Virus record (IMG/VR): IMGVR_UViG_3300032323_002950
Span: 8,497-72,496 of that record
DNA from: a virus
Strand: one strand, 5' to 3'
DNA length: 64,000 nucleotides
Position 1 is the stretch's first letter. Each line of letters starts with the position of its first letter. Below, one piece after another: positions 63,264-64,000 of this stretch. The translations under genes were made by a program, and so were the position numbers. A model generated the notes under the pieces. That model saw only the letters and a program-made list of their open reading frames with translations, did no database searches and had not been told where the DNA came from.

Positions 63264-63269
63264 TTTATA

Positions 63270-63308
63270 AAAGGATGGACACTCTCATAGACAAAGTGTC
63301 CATCCTTT
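63270..63308 (+). terminator. 14-bp perfect inverted repeat between SSB and recA
   Basis: AAAGGATGGACACT-11nt-AGTGTCCATCCTTT followed by a T-rich tract. Confidence 0.65.
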
Positions 63309-63347
63309 ACTATTTTTAATACAAACAATTTAAACGCATAGACATTT

Positions 63348-64000
63348 ATGGCAATAAAGAAAAAAGAATTTTCTCTTGATGCAATCAAAAACAAATATTC
63401 TACAAAAACTAAGTACAAGGATACGGAGTTCTATGAAGTCGACGAAGCTTTCCATAGTGCTTGTGGTTTACCTGGTCCTGCTTTGGGTAACATCAATATG
63501 TTCCTCGGTCATTCGAACTCTTCCAAGACGACAGCTCTTGTTAAAGCTGCTGTGTCGGCACAAAAGAAGGGGCATTTACCCGTTTTCATTATTACTGAAA
63601 AGAAATGGTCATGGGAACACGCCGTGGAGTTAGGTCTCCAAGCTGAAATGACTAATGGTGAATGGGATGGTAATTTTATCTTTAATGATAATTTTGATTA
63701 CATTGAACAAGCAACCGATTACATTAACGAGTTATTAGACGAACAAGAAAAAGGTAACATTCCTTATTCTCTTTGTTTCCTTTGGGATTCAGTTGGTTCT
63801 ATTCCTTGTAAGATGACTTTTGATGGTAAAGGTGGAAAACAACATAACGCATCTACTTTGGCGGATAAGATTGGTATGGGTATTCATGCTCGTATTACCA
63901 AATCTAAAAAAGAAGATTATCCATATTATAACACTATGGTTGTTGTTAATCAGCCTTGGGTTGAATTACCTGATAATCCATTTGGACAACCACAAATTAA
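63348..64000 (+). CDS. RecA/UvsX-like recombinase (partial, runs off window end)
   Basis: Not in the ORF track. MAIKKKEF...GNINMFLGHSNSSKTTAL...PVFIITEKKW...FLWDSVGS...VVVNQPW. Confidence 0.85.
   Translation, partial: MAIKKKEFSLDAIKNKYSTKTKYKDTEFYEVDEAFHSACGLPGPALGNINMFLGHSNSSKTTALVKAAVSAQKKGHLPVFIITEKKWSWEHAVELGLQAEMTNGEWDGNFIFNDNFDYIEQATDYINELLDEQEKGNIPYSLCFLWDSVGSIPCKMTFDGKGGKQHNASTLADKIGMGIHARITKSKKEDYPYYNTMVVVNQPWVELPDNPFGQPQI

Noticed and set aside
63376-63633. 85-aa plus-strand ORF in the track
   Set aside because: It is out of frame inside the RecA-like gene starting at 63348.
1-64000. Stop-codon reassignment, as in some huge phages
   Set aside because: Long genes are intact in the standard code, and TAA, TGA and TAG all end genes at sensible, often coupled, positions.
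1-64000. tRNA/rRNA genes and transposases
   Set aside because: Intergenic gaps are short and AT-rich with no cloverleaf or T-loop signature; no transposase or integrase motifs were seen.

Overview
AT-rich fragment of a large T4-like myophage (jumbo/huge-phage type), read in the standard genetic code. Promoter and translation-start signals suggest a Bacteroidota host. From left to right the window holds: partial PhoH; a minus-strand sugar-nucleotide/glycosyltransferase operon that also carries dUTPase and a 3'-5' exonuclease; small late genes including a stand-alone WYL protein; a LamG-like protein; two very long Thr/Pro mucin-like proteins that bracket a 12-gene glycosylation cassette (GT60 polypeptide GlcNAc-transferase, glf, GT10 fucosyltransferase, methyltransferases, HtrL); family B DNA polymerase; neck/head-completion genes with SOD and an SNF2 helicase; tail sheath, tube, chaperone, tape measure and giant baseplate genes; a gp32-like SSB; and partial RecA/UvsX. 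The main candidate for a new system is a phage-encoded mucin-type protein O-glycosylation ('virion glycocalyx') locus. Other highlights are a probable +1 programmed frameshift (GGAG-UUU-UUU-CGC) in the tail chaperone gene, a recurrent sense-strand TATTTAT late-promoter motif (reverse complement of the T4 late consensus), and a T4 gene-43-like operator hairpin before the polymerase. All product calls come from motif recognition by eye; no database searches were run.
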